32,000 bases of DNA from Bellilinea caldifistulae (lineage in GTDB: Bacteria > Chloroflexota > Anaerolineae > Anaerolineales > Anaerolineaceae): positions 30,001 to 62,000 of the forward strand of contig NZ_LGHJ01000015.1 in NCBI RefSeq assembly GCF_001306055.1, written 5' to 3'. The translations under genes and the position numbers were made by a program. Positions 15,617 to 25,192 of the stretch are shown here, piece by piece. Numbering within the stretch: position 1 is the first letter of the stretch; each line of letters starts with the position of its first letter. The notes beneath the pieces are model-generated. The model saw only the letters and a program-made list of their open reading frames with translations, was not told the origin of the DNA and made no database searches.

Positions 15617-16664
15617 TGTGCTCTCCCTGGCGTAAACACCACAACGCCTCCGGCTGAACGGCCAGCCGTCCCTGCCAGCCGGCAGGCAAGGCTTGCGGGA
15701 CATGGAAGGACAGGTTATGCCCCCCGCTGGCGAGGGTCAGGCGGTAGCCCTCGCCGCGAAAGATGACATCCCGCACCTCGGCGGTGAAGGTGTTGAATTG
15801 CTCGTCCGCGGATGCGCCTGTCAGCCCGCCGGGGCGGATCAGCAAGGTAACCGCTTCATTCAGCGCGGGTGGCTCGGCACAATCCACGGGGCAAAACACA
15901 CCGATTTCGGTTTGCACAGTGAGCGGCTGGCGGTTAACGACCCGGCCGGGCAGCAGATTGGTCAGCCCCAAAAAACGCGCCACCCACACGCTGGCCGGCT
16001 GCTGAACCACCCGGCTGGGGCTGCCGTCTTGAGCCACCCGCCCCTCGTGCAGTAAAATCAGCCGGTCGGCAATCATAAAGGCTTCTTCCTGATCGTGGGT
16101 CACATAAATGGCCGGCACGCCGCTTTCGTGCAACACCTCGCGCAAAAACTGGCCAAGTTCCTCGCGCAAAGCGCGGTCGAGCGCGCCGAGTGGTTCATCC
16201 AGCATCAGCAGGCGGGGACGAGGGGCCAGGGCGCGTGCCAGGGCAACCCGCTGCTGCTCGCCGCCGGAGAGGTCGGTTACCCGTCGGTCGGCAAATTGAT
16301 TGAGGTTGACGCGCCGCAGCACTTCCTGCACACGCTGTTCGATCTGGGCGGGTGGCAGGTTTTGCATGCGCAGCCCAAAAGCCACATTCTGGGCAACGCT
16401 GCGGTGAGGAAAGAGGGCGTAATCCTGGAACATCAGTCCAAAGCGGCGCTCATGCACCGGCACGCCGCGCAAGTCATGGCCTTCCCACAGCACCCGTCCG
16501 CTTTCGGCCTCTTCCAGCCCGGCGATGATGCGCAGCAGCGTGCTCTTGCCGCTGCCGGAAGCCCCCAGCAGGCAAACCGTTTCCCCCGCGCCGACTTCAA
16601 ACGAAACCCCGCGCAGCAGCGGCTTGCCTTCGTAATGTTTGTGGATGTTTTCGACGGTGAGCAT
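15603..16664 (-). CDS. thiQ: ABC transporter ATP-binding protein, thiamine-import type
   Basis: MLTVENIHKHY..., Walker [12 protein letters not shown], signature LSGGEQQRVALARAL, Walker B LLMLDEP, plus a C-terminal TOBE-like region. The real start is the ATG at 16664 (the track ORF is extended to 16754). Assignment rests on context with thiB/thiP. Confidence 0.8.
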   Translation of the reverse strand: MLTVENIHKHYEGKPLLRGVSFEVGAGETVCLLGASGSGKSTLLRIIAGLEEAESGRVLWEGHDLRGVPVHERRFGLMFQDYALFPHRSVAQNVAFGLRMQNLPPAQIEQRVQEVLRRVNLNQFADRRVTDLSGGEQQRVALARALAPRPRLLMLDEPLGALDRALREELGQFLREVLHESGVPAIYVTHDQEEAFMIADRLILLHEGRVAQDGSPSRVVQQPASVWVARFLGLTNLLPGRVVNRQPLTVQTEIGVFCPVDCAEPPALNEAVTLLIRPGGLTGASADEQFNTFTAEVRDVIFRGEGYRLTLASGGHNLSFHVPQALPAGWQGRLAVQPEALWCLRQGEHNGDD

Positions 16665-16693
16665 GGTGTTTTGTTTATACCATGATTGTTTTC

Positions 16694-18436
16694 TCAGAGG
16701 GAGCGTTCCTCCGGCAGGCGTACACGCTCCAACAAGGCAATGCCCAGCCCGCAAACCAGCAGCAAGAGAGTGGACATGGCCAGGGCCTGTCCGTAATTCA
16801 AGCCGCCGGGCTGGCTGATGAAGCGGAAAATCGCCACTGGCAGGGTTGGGTATTCGGGGCGCGCCAGAAAACTGGTAGCGCCGAACTCCCCCAGAGAGAT
16901 GGTAAAAGAAAAGATGGCCGCCACCAGCGCCGCCCGCGCCAGGATGGGCAAATCCACCTCTAACCAGACGCGTAAAGGTGAAGCGCCCAGCACGGCGGCT
17001 GCCTGACGCAGGTTGAGCGGGATTGAATTCAACACCGGCGTGAGGGTGCGCACGACGAACGGAAACGCTACCAGACTGTGGGCAATCGGTATCAAGAGGG
17101 GAAAGGAGCGCGCTTCCAGCGGCGGGCGGTTGAAGGTGAGGATGAAACCCAGGCCCAAGGTAACCGCCGAAGCCCCCAGCGGCAGCATCAGCAGCGGGTC
17201 GAGCAGACGGTTGAGCGGCGAGCGGCGGCTGAGCGCAGCCGCGGCCGGCAAACCCAGAGCGAGCGAAATGCCCACCGTCAGGCCGGCGTAAAGCAGCGAA
17301 TTGCGGGCGGCCTCAATCGGCGGCACGTAGAACAGCGAACCGCGGCGGTTGACGAACAGCTCGCGGTAGTAATCAAGGGTCAGGCCGCTTTCAAACCCGC
17401 CGCGCTGACCGCGTGCCGGTTCGAGGCGCGCCACCGAACGAGCGGCCAGCGCCGTCAGCGGCAGCACCAGCAGGGTAAATAACACCAGCACCACCCCTCC
17501 GACCAGCAATTTTTGACGCAGGGAGACCGGCGCAGCCGCACCCTCGCCGTGCAGGCGCGGGGTGAGCGGAATGTTCAGGCGCGAGGCAACCCGCGTATAG
17601 ACCACCGTCAACAGCAGGGTGCAGAGCAGCTGCACCAGCGAAAGCAGCCCGGCCAGCGGCAGGTTGAGCAGATGCAGTGCCTGAATGTAAATTTCGACCT
17701 CCAGCGTGGCGTAGCGCGCCCCGCCCAGCAGCAAAATCACCCCAAAACTGGTAAAGTCGAACAGAAAGACCAGCAAGGCGGCTGCCAGCAGCGAAGGCCT
17801 GAGCAGCGGTAGCGTGACTTCGCGGAAAGCGCGCCAGGGTGAGGCGCCCAGCACCCGCGCCGCCGCTTCCAGGCGCGGGTCGAGTTGTTCCCAGGCGCTG
17901 CCCACCACCCGCAGGATGATGGTGGTGTTGTAAAACACGTGCGCCAGCAAAATTGCCGCCAGCGAGTTGAGCAGGTTGAACGGCGGGGCGGGCAGGTTGA
18001 GCCACTCCATGGCCAGCAGGTTGAACCAGCCGCGCGGGCCGATCAGCGCGTTGAACGCCGCCGCAACCACCACGGTCGGCAGAATGAACGGCAGGGTGGA
18101 AAGCAGGCGCAACAGCCGTTTAGCAGGGAAATCAAAGCGGGCAAACACATAAGCGCCCGGCAGGCCGACCAGCACGGTCAGCAGCGTGGAAAGAGCCGCC
18201 TGATAAAAGGTAAAACCCAGGGCGCGCCCGAGCCGCTCGGCAGCAGCCGGGCTCAGCCCATCGGTGATCAATCCCCGTGCTGAGACCGACAGGATGCTGC
18301 CCAGGGGTACAAAGAAGAAAATGATCAGAAAGGCCAGGGGTGCCAGCCACAAAGCCAGCGCCTGCCAGATGGCAGACGCTGGCGGCTGCCCCTCAGGGGA
18401 TCGGCGGGCGGCAGGGGCAGTTGAGAAGAAATTCAC
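16694..18436 (-). CDS. thiP: ABC transporter permease with duplicated (two-domain) architecture, thiamine/Fe(III) type
   Basis: 580 aa with about 12 hydrophobic segments in two homologous halves. The GTG start at 18436 overlaps the thiB stop (GTGA). Confidence 0.8.
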   Translation of the reverse strand: MNFFSTAPAARRSPEGQPPASAIWQALALWLAPLAFLIIFFFVPLGSILSVSARGLITDGLSPAAAERLGRALGFTFYQAALSTLLTVLVGLPGAYVFARFDFPAKRLLRLLSTLPFILPTVVVAAAFNALIGPRGWFNLLAMEWLNLPAPPFNLLNSLAAILLAHVFYNTTIILRVVGSAWEQLDPRLEAAARVLGASPWRAFREVTLPLLRPSLLAAALLVFLFDFTSFGVILLLGGARYATLEVEIYIQALHLLNLPLAGLLSLVQLLCTLLLTVVYTRVASRLNIPLTPRLHGEGAAAPVSLRQKLLVGGVVLVLFTLLVLPLTALAARSVARLEPARGQRGGFESGLTLDYYRELFVNRRGSLFYVPPIEAARNSLLYAGLTVGISLALGLPAAAALSRRSPLNRLLDPLLMLPLGASAVTLGLGFILTFNRPPLEARSFPLLIPIAHSLVAFPFVVRTLTPVLNSIPLNLRQAAAVLGASPLRVWLEVDLPILARAALVAAIFSFTISLGEFGATSFLARPEYPTLPVAIFRFISQPGGLNYGQALAMSTLLLLVCGLGIALLERVRLPEERSL

Positions 18437-19488
18437 CGCAGGACAACCTGTGTCCAGGCTTCGATCCAGGCTTCACGCTTTTCGGCAATCAGCGCCGGGT
18501 CCAGCGTGGCGGGTTTGGCGGGGATTTGGGCATAACGCACAAATTCTTCCGGCAGTTGGGCGTTACGGTTGACGGGAAAGACGAACATCTGCAGGGGCAG
18601 GTCTTCCTGAAAACGCACATCCAGCATGAAGTCCACGAACTTCTCGGCCAGCGCCCGTTGTTGAGTGCCTTTGAGGATGCCGACAAACTCGATCTGCCGG
18701 AAGCACATATTCTCACCCACCAGAGAGGCGGTTGGGGCTTCTTCCAGCGGTTGTTCGGCAAAGATGACTTCGGCCGGCGGGCTGGAGCCGTAAGAGACGA
18801 CCATTGGCTGCGGGCCGCGCCCGGAGGAAGCCGAGAAGTTGGTGTAGTAAGCCGTCTCCCAGTCGTTGACCACCACCACGCCGTTCGCTTTCAACTGCCG
18901 CCAGAAGTCAAGGTAGCCGTCCTCGCCAAAGGCGGCAATCGTCGCCATCAAAAATGCCAGTCCAGGGGATGAGGTAGCCGGGTTTTCAACCACCAGCAGC
19001 CCTTTGTACTCCGGTTTGGTCAAATCGGCCAGGGATTGGGGAAGAGGGAGATTTTTTTCGGCAAAGTAGGCTTTGTCGTAGTTGATGCAAACATCCCCGT
19101 AGTCCACCGGCAGGGCGCGGTTTTGGGGGTCGAGTTTGAAGGCATCCTCAATCTGGGCCAGCAGGGGTGAGTTGTACGGCTCGAAAATTTCCTCTTTCAA
19201 AGCGCGGGAGAGAAAGGTGTTGTCCACGCCGTAGAACACATCCGCCAGGGGAGCGTTTTTGGTCAAAATCGCCTGATTGAGCGCCGAGCCGGTATCACCG
19301 GAGGGCAAAAAGGTCAACTTGACGTTGTTTTCCTGCTCAAAGGCGCGAATCACCTCCTCGCTGGCGGCAAACGAGTCGTGGGTCAGTACCCGTAATTCGA
19401 TCGGGGCGGCCGGGGTTTGCGGCGTACAGGCCACCAGTACCAGCGCCACCATAATGACCAGCAGCACAAAACGGCCAGTTGCTTTCAT
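18433..19488 (-). CDS. thiB: Thiamine ABC transporter substrate-binding lipoprotein
   Basis: Signal peptide plus lipobox (LVLVAC). Collinear by eye with my recollection of E. coli TbpA (not checked against a database): PQSL.DL, TSSPGLAFL, VVSYGSSPP, KPATLDP..I...REAWIEAW. SD GGAGGTG upstream. Confidence 0.82.
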   Translation of the reverse strand: MKATGRFVLLVIMVALVLVACTPQTPAAPIELRVLTHDSFAASEEVIRAFEQENNVKLTFLPSGDTGSALNQAILTKNAPLADVFYGVDNTFLSRALKEEIFEPYNSPLLAQIEDAFKLDPQNRALPVDYGDVCINYDKAYFAEKNLPLPQSLADLTKPEYKGLLVVENPATSSPGLAFLMATIAAFGEDGYLDFWRQLKANGVVVVNDWETAYYTNFSASSGRGPQPMVVSYGSSPPAEVIFAEQPLEEAPTASLVGENMCFRQIEFVGILKGTQQRALAEKFVDFMLDVRFQEDLPLQMFVFPVNRNAQLPEEFVRYAQIPAKPATLDPALIAEKREAWIEAWTQVVLR

Positions 19489-19576
19489 CGGTACACCTCC
19501 AAAAAAAGAATTGATCCAAAAGCCCGGGTGATCTTTTTTTCCGGCAGAGGGGAGGCCGAGAGAAATGCGGCGTTTT

Positions 19577-20236
19577 TTAACCGGCGCTCGACGACCGGCG
19601 GGTGTGCATGCACAACAGACGGCCGGTCAGCAGGCGGATCTCGGCGCGCTCGTCGGTCATCTCGTTGCTGATGCCGCGCGTCCGGTTGGGACACAGCGTT
19701 TCGTGGTTGAGGGCGTACTTCAAGCCGCTGGTCACGATGCCCTTGGTGCATTCGTTCATCGCCAGCAGCGATACGGTATCGCCGGGCCGACCTTCCACCA
19801 CCGCCTGATCGCGAATGATCAGGATTTCTTCCCGTCCGTCATCCAGCCGGATATCCACCCCTTCCAGGCCGGGCATTTCCAGCAGCGCCAGGTTGGCAAG
19901 CGTTTGGTCGAGCCGCCCGCCGAGGGCTGCCACCACCCGCATTTGCTTGAAGCCCTGCCCCAGCGCGTACTGGATGGCCAGTTCCAGGTCGGTTTCGTCT
20001 TTTTCGGCAGGGTGGCGTTCGATTTGGACGCCGGTCTGTTGCAGGGCAGCCGTTTCTTCCGGCGTCAGCGAATCGAGATCGCCGATCAGCAGATGCGGAC
20101 GCAGCCCCAGAGTTTGCAGGTGACGCAGCCCGCCGTCGGCAGCGATCAGGTAGTCATCGGGGCGCAGCCAGCCGCGGACGGCTTCGCCATCCGCCAGTTC
20201 GCCGTTGGCAAAAATCACCGCGCGTGTGTATTCCAT
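19577..20236 (-). CDS. thiN: Thiamine pyrophosphokinase
   Basis: MEYTRAVIFANGEL...DYLIAADGGLRHL...PHLLIGDLDS...EKDETDLELA, plus a C-terminal thiamine-binding domain. The start is the ATG at 20236 (the track ORF is extended to 20278 through the terminator hairpin). Confidence 0.85.
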   Translation of the reverse strand: MEYTRAVIFANGELADGEAVRGWLRPDDYLIAADGGLRHLQTLGLRPHLLIGDLDSLTPEETAALQQTGVQIERHPAEKDETDLELAIQYALGQGFKQMRVVAALGGRLDQTLANLALLEMPGLEGVDIRLDDGREEILIIRDQAVVEGRPGDTVSLLAMNECTKGIVTSGLKYALNHETLCPNRTRGISNEMTDERAEIRLLTGRLLCMHTRRSSSAG

Positions 20237-20239
20237 AAC

Positions 20240-20265
20240 AAAAAACCTCCTCGCCGGTGAGGAGG
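20240..20265 (-). terminator. TPP riboswitch expression platform: intrinsic terminator that also sequesters the thiN Shine-Dalgarno
   Basis: Minus strand: CCUCCUC-ACCGGC-GAGGAGG-UUUUUUGUU-AUG. The 3' arm GAGGAGG is the only SD for thiN. The upstream CUCCCCUCC can alternatively pair with the aptamer 3' GGAGGGAG as an antiterminator. Confidence 0.6.
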
Positions 20266-20287
20266 GGAGCAGCCGCAAGCCGTGTGA

Positions 20288-20385
20288 TTTCTCCCTCCGC
20301 CGGCATTACCCGGATCAGGTTCAGCGGGTCGAGGGCAGCCTCAGCCCTCCTCTCAGCCCGGTGCCCCGGGCTCCCCGTGTTGAAG
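20288..20385 (-). promoter_or_regulatory. TPP (THI-box) riboswitch aptamer
   Basis: Minus strand: ACGGGGAGC CCGGGGCACCGGG CUGAGA GGAGGGCUGAGGCUGCCCUC G ACCC GCU GAACCUGAUCCGGGUAAUGCCGGCGGAGGGAG. It contains the conserved CUGAGA and ACCUGAUC.GG.UAAUGCC.GCG.AGGGA elements and sits 5' of thiamine salvage genes. Boundaries are approximate. Confidence 0.85.
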
Positions 20386-20392
20386 CATCTAT

Positions 20393-20421
20393 AGTATAGC
20401 CTTGCGGCAAGGGGTTGTCAA
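20393..20421 (-). promoter_or_regulatory. Near-consensus sigma70 promoter driving the TPP riboswitch/thiN operon
   Basis: Minus strand TTGACA (20421-20416), an exact 17-nt spacer, then TATACT (20398-20393). Confidence 0.6.
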
Positions 20422-20452
20422 GAAAAAGTCCAATTTTGCACATCAGGTTCGT

Positions 20453-20458
20453 TATAAT
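20453..20458 (+). promoter_or_regulatory. Candidate -10 box (TATAAT) for the P450 gene
   Basis: TATAAT lies 32 nt upstream of the GTG at 20491. No well-spaced -35: TTGCAC at 20436 is only 11 nt away. Confidence 0.3.
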
Positions 20459-20490
20459 TTGGAGTAAATTTGGTTGTATTGGAGGTTGCC

Positions 20491-21690
20491 GTGTCTCACT
20501 CGCTGCGCGCTTTGGGAATTGATCTGCTTTCTCCGCAATTCATTGCCGATCCCTACCCCTTCTACGACCGGCTGCGCGCCGCCCGGCCGATCCTGTTCGA
20601 CCCGGAGTGGAACCTGTGGTTTTTCAGCGCTTATGAGGACATTGTCAGCTTGCTGCGCGACCGCCGGCTTGGACGGGATCTGGACGAGGCTCCCAAACCC
20701 GATCCGCAAACCCCATTCGGCTGGCTGCACGCTAACTCCTTGATGGAAAAAGAGCCCCCCGACCATACCCGTCTGCGCGGGCTGGTCAACAAAGCCTTCA
20801 CCCCGGCACGGGTCGAGGCGCTACGCCCGCTGATCGAACAGGCCGCCCATCGCTTATTGGATGAGGTTGTGGAACGCGGTGAGATGGACCTGCTGGCCGA
20901 TTTTGCCGAGCCGCTGCCGGTTTTGGTGATTGCCGATTTGCTGGGTGTGCCGCAGGAAGCCCGTTCCCGCCTGCGCCCGTGGTCGAATCGGATTGTGGCG
21001 ATGTATGAACTCTCCCCCAGCGCCGAGGATGCCCGCCACGCCAACCGCGCCGTGAGTGAGTTTGCCGCTTTCCTGCGCGGTCTGGCGGCAGAGCGTAAAT
21101 TGCGGCCGCAGGATGACCTGATCAGCGCGCTGGTGGCGGCTGAGGAGCAGGGCAGCCGATTGAGTGAGGACGAGCTGATTGCCACCTGCATCCTGCTGCT
21201 CAACGCCGGCCATGAGGCGACCGTCAATGCCATTACCAACGGGATGCTGGCGCTCTTCCAACACCCCGATTCCTACGCACAACTGCGCCGCTCGCCGGAA
21301 TGGATCAAAACTGCGGTGGAGGAGATGCTGCGCTACGATACCCCCTTGCAGCTGTTTCGCCGCTGGGTGCGTGAAGATGTGGAGTACAAGGGCTTTTTCT
21401 TGAAACGCGGCACACAGGTCGCTTTGCTCTACGGGGCCGGCAACCGTGATGGGGCACGCTTCCCCGATCCGCATGGTTTTGACATCACCCGCAGCGACAA
21501 CCCTCACCTGACCTTTGGGCTGGGCATTCACTACTGCGTTGGTGCACCGTTGGCGCGGTTGGAGATGCAGGTGGCGGTTCAGGCCCTGCTGGAACGCCTG
21601 CCCCGCCTGCGGCTGGCAGATGATGCGCTGCTGGTGTACCGCCCCACCTACGTAATTCGCGGTTTGAAGGCTTTACCGGTGCGCTTTTAA
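20491..21690 (+). CDS. Cytochrome P450
   Basis: I-helix LLLNAGHEATVNAI, ExxR (EEMLRYD), and heme loop FGLGIHYCVGAPLA. GTG at 20491 is preferred because GGAGG (20481-20485) sits 5 nt upstream; the track start TTG at 20470 is an alternative. Confidence 0.9.
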   Translation: MSHSLRALGIDLLSPQFIADPYPFYDRLRAARPILFDPEWNLWFFSAYEDIVSLLRDRRLGRDLDEAPKPDPQTPFGWLHANSLMEKEPPDHTRLRGLVNKAFTPARVEALRPLIEQAAHRLLDEVVERGEMDLLADFAEPLPVLVIADLLGVPQEARSRLRPWSNRIVAMYELSPSAEDARHANRAVSEFAAFLRGLAAERKLRPQDDLISALVAAEEQGSRLSEDELIATCILLLNAGHEATVNAITNGMLALFQHPDSYAQLRRSPEWIKTAVEEMLRYDTPLQLFRRWVREDVEYKGFFLKRGTQVALLYGAGNRDGARFPDPHGFDITRSDNPHLTFGLGIHYCVGAPLARLEMQVAVQALLERLPRLRLADDALLVYRPTYVIRGLKALPVRF

Positions 21691-21777
21691 GGGCAACCGC
21701 TGGTCAATGCTTCCCTGCTGCTTCTGCAACGGCGTTGCGGGAGACCGCCACGCTTCTGTTAAGCCTGCTGATTGCGC

Positions 21778-23004
21778 TCACTCGTAGCGCAGGGCTTCGA
21801 CCGGCTCCAAATTGGCCGCCCGGTTGGCGGGATACAGCCCAAAGAATAAGCCGACTGCGGTCGAGAAGATGGTCGCCAGTAAAATGGCATTGATGCCGAC
21901 CACCGGTGTGAAGGGTGTCCCGGAACGCGCCGCTACCTGTCCAACCACAAAGGCAATCAGCCAGCCGAATCCAATCCCAATCAGTCCGCCAAACAGGGAA
22001 AGCAGCGAAGATTCGGTCAGGAACTGAATCAGAATGTCCCGTTTGCGCGCGCCGATGGCCTTTCGCAAGCCGATTTCACGCGTGCGTTCGGTGACCGAGA
22101 CCAGCATGATGTTCATGATGCCGATGCCGCCCACCAGCAGAGAAATGGCGGCAATCCCGCCCAGAAAGACGGTCAACACGCCGGTGATGGTTTGAGCGGT
22201 GGCCACAAAATCTTGTTGGGAGAAGATGGTGAAGTCATCTGCGCCCAGTTCGGTGCGGTGGCGGGTGCGCAAAATCTGAGCGATTTCTTCGGTGGCCTGC
22301 GGCACCGCCTCGGCGCTGACTGCCTGCACCAGAATCAAATCCACCCGGTCACGAGTTCGACGGATGAGCCGACTTTGAGCCGTGGTAAACGGCACCAGAA
22401 TCAGGTCATCCTGGCTGCCGAAGGAACTGCCGCCTTTGGGCTCCAGTACGCCCAGCACGCGGAAGGGCTGCCCCTCGATGCGGATGGTCTCGCCGACAAT
22501 CCCCTCGCGCCGACCAAAGAGACGGTCGGCGACATCCGGCCCCAGCAGCGCCACCGAGGCGCGCCCCAGCAGGTGTTCGTTGTTGATAAATTCACCTTCC
22601 AGCAGGCGGTAATTGCGCACCGTCTCGTATTCGGGTGTGATGCCGGTAATTTGCGTGCGGGTCTGCTCCCCACCAAAAGTGACCGTGGCGTTACTCTGAA
22701 TGGCGGGAGCAACCGCTGCCACCGAGGGAGCCTGAAAGACATCCCCAATCGCTTCGGCATCGCCCAGCGTGAGCGGCTGGGGATTGCGGACATCTTCGTT
22801 GAAGTTGCCGGAAAACACGAACAGCAGATTACTGCCCAGCCCGCTGATTGAACCGGTAATGGTATCCTGCGCGCCGGTGCCGACTGCCAGCATGGCAATG
22901 ACCGCCGCCACGCCGATGACAATCCCCAAAATGGTCAGGCCAGAACGCAATTTGTTGGCTGCCAGACTTTCCAGCGCTTCGAGAATTGCCTGTCCCAGGT
23001 TCAT
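21778..23004 (-). CDS. MacB/FtsX-family ABC transporter permease
   Basis: An N-terminal TM helix, a large extracytoplasmic domain, then three C-terminal TM helices with [27 protein letters not shown]. Start overlaps the ATPase stop. Confidence 0.88.
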   Translation of the reverse strand: MNLGQAILEALESLAANKLRSGLTILGIVIGVAAVIAMLAVGTGAQDTITGSISGLGSNLLFVFSGNFNEDVRNPQPLTLGDAEAIGDVFQAPSVAAVAPAIQSNATVTFGGEQTRTQITGITPEYETVRNYRLLEGEFINNEHLLGRASVALLGPDVADRLFGRREGIVGETIRIEGQPFRVLGVLEPKGGSSFGSQDDLILVPFTTAQSRLIRRTRDRVDLILVQAVSAEAVPQATEEIAQILRTRHRTELGADDFTIFSQQDFVATAQTITGVLTVFLGGIAAISLLVGGIGIMNIMLVSVTERTREIGLRKAIGARKRDILIQFLTESSLLSLFGGLIGIGFGWLIAFVVGQVAARSGTPFTPVVGINAILLATIFSTAVGLFFGLYPANRAANLEPVEALRYE

Positions 23005-23684
23005 AGCCCATCCTCCACTACCAGCCCGTCATACAGGCGAATAATTCGCCCGGTTTGTTCGGCCACTTTGGGGTCGTGCGTTACGATAATCACGGTGGTG
23101 CCGCGCTCGCTGTTCAGCCGCAGCAACAGTTCCATGATTTCCTTGCCGGATTTCGAATCGAGGTTGCCGGTTGGCTCATCGGCCATGATGATGGCCGGGT
23201 CGTTGATCAGCGCACGAGCAATGGCTACCCGTTGCTGCTGCCCGCCGGAAAGTTCGGTGGGGCGGTGATGCAGGCGGTCGCCCAGTCCCACCGCTTCCAG
23301 CGCCTGTTTGGCGCGTTCGGCGCGCCCGCGGGTGACCCCCGCGTAGCGCAGGGGCAGTTCAACATTCGAGAGCGCCGAGGCGCGCGGCAGCAAGTTGAAG
23401 GACTGAAACACAAACCCCACCTTGCGGTTGCGGATGACCGCCAGTTGATCATCGTTGAGGTGTGAAACATCCTCGCCATCCAGAACGTATTGCCCGCCGC
23501 TGGGGTGGTCGAGACAGCCGAGGATGTTCATCAGGGTGGATTTACCCGAACCGGAAGGCCCCATGATCGAAACGATCTCGCCGCGGCGGATTTTGACGTT
23601 TGCGCCGCGCAGCGCATGGACTTCCACCTCGCCCATTTTATAGACTTTGCGAAGATCGGTAGCCTGAATGACCCAGTCTTCCAT
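23001..23684 (-). CDS. MacB/LolD-type ABC transporter ATP-binding protein
   Basis: [15 protein letters not shown]..., [39 protein letters not shown]. The real start is the ATG at 23684 (track ORF extended to 23876). A GGAGG SD lies in the 7-nt gap after the adaptor gene. Confidence 0.9.
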   Translation of the reverse strand: MEDWVIQATDLRKVYKMGEVEVHALRGANVKIRRGEIVSIMGPSGSGKSTLMNILGCLDHPSGGQYVLDGEDVSHLNDDQLAVIRNRKVGFVFQSFNLLPRASALSNVELPLRYAGVTRGRAERAKQALEAVGLGDRLHHRPTELSGGQQQRVAIARALINDPAIIMADEPTGNLDSKSGKEIMELLLRLNSERGTTVIIVTHDPKVAEQTGRIIRLYDGLVVEDGL

Positions 23685-23691
23685 GATCGGA

Positions 23692-25098
23692 TTACCTCCG
23701 GACGAAGGGCGGCGGACCATTGGCTTCAATCTGGGCTGGCGGGTTGAGGATGACTGCGTCACCTTCCTTAATTTCGCCTTCCAGCACCTCACTGTAAGCA
23801 TCCGAAATAGCGCCAATGGTGATCGCCACGGGGGTAGCAGCCCCGTCTTTGAGCAGGTAAACGACCCGCTTACCATCCCGTAAGCGGACGGCGCGGTTGG
23901 GAACGATCAGGGCGTTTTCGATCTGATCCACGACGATGTTGACCGCGGCGGTCATACCCGGTCGGACGGCCTGATCGGCGTCTGCCAGTTCAATGGTCAC
24001 GGTAAAGTTGACCACACCGGCTACCGCCGTGCCAACCCGGCCGACCTGCACCACCCTGCCGCTATATTCTTTGCCGAGAATCGCATCGAAAGTGAGCCGG
24101 GCCGGCTGCCCGACCTGAATGCGGTTGATGTCAATTTCCGGCACCTGCACGTCCACCAGCAGGCGGGAAAGATCGTCAATCCGAAAAGCCAGCGTGCCGG
24201 GGTTGACCTGATCGCCGGGTTTGATGTTGACCTCGGTCATTGTGCCGGCGAACGGCGCCCGCAGCCGAACCTGATCCAGGGTAGCCTCGATTGCGGCAAT
24301 GCGCGCTTCGGCGGCTTTGATGTCATCCGGGTCGGGACCGTCTTTCAGACGTTCCCATTCCCGTTCGGCTTCTTTGAGGTTGGCTTCTGCCACTGCCAGA
24401 TTGGCATCGGCTTTTTCCACTTCCAGGGCATCCGGCAGGCTTTCCAGATAATTCAAATTCGCCTGAGCGCGCTGCAAATTGCGCTGGGCGGCCAGATAGC
24501 GCGAATAGGCGTTCATACGCTGCGGGTTGTCCACCTCTAAGTGGTCGAACATGTCGTAAACTCGCTCGGCCTCTTTTGCCTCGATCTTGGCCAGTTCCAG
24601 GTTGGTACGGGCTTCGTCCAGCGTCAGGGGGCTGGCGCGTTGATAATCTTTACTGGCACGTTGATCTTTGGCTTTCTTGTAGGCTTCCTGCGCCTGCGCC
24701 AGATTCAACTGGGCCTGAGCGCGGGCAACATCCGATTCCAGCAGGTTTTCCAGCGCCTTCCTGGCGTTGACCAGATCGGCTTCTGCCAGAATCAACGATT
24801 GGGGGAGGGAGCTTTTCTTCAACTCGGCCAGCACCTCATCCTGAGCGACCTGCTGGCCGACTTCCACCAGTACTTGCCCCACCTGACCGCTGGTTTGCCA
24901 GACCAGCACGGCCGTCTGATTGGCGCGGACGGTGCCGGTGGCACCCACCAGTGCGGTCAATTCACCCCGCCGCACCAGTTCGGTCTGAAAAGCCGAATTC
25001 TGGGCAGCCTGAGCCTGCTGATAGGACTGGTAGACAAAGTAGGCAGCAATGGCTGCAACCACACCGATAATGATCCAGATGACCGTTTTCCTCTTCAT
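23692..25098 (-). CDS. HlyD/MacA-family periplasmic adaptor (membrane fusion) protein
   Basis: N-terminal TM anchor, a long coiled-coil region (about 24300-24800), and beta-barrel/lipoyl-like segments (LRAPFAGT...V). First gene of the adaptor-ATPase-permease operon. Confidence 0.85.
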
Positions 25099-25178
25099 AG
25101 CAATACTACCTTTCTACAATCTTTATACGAGTCTATCACGTTCGGGTTTTGTTTTCAGGGGCGTGCATAACCATCGGG

Positions 25179-25184
25179 TATAAT
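25179..25184 (+). promoter_or_regulatory. Candidate -10 box (TATAAT) 8 nt upstream of the ATG at 25193; possible leaderless mRNA
   Basis: gggTATAATtccgcgcaATG. No SD and a poor -35. Confidence 0.35.
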
Positions 25185-25192
25185 TCCGCGCA

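Noticed and set aside
21707-21787. A 26-codon Cys-rich mini-ORF ([26 protein letters not shown]) immediately downstream of the P450. I considered it as a possible P450-modified RiPP precursor.
   Set aside because: It has no SD. It overlaps the 3' end of the convergent MacB permease gene. It lies downstream rather than upstream of the P450, and there are no other RiPP genes. Most likely chance. It would only be worth revisiting if conserved in relatives.
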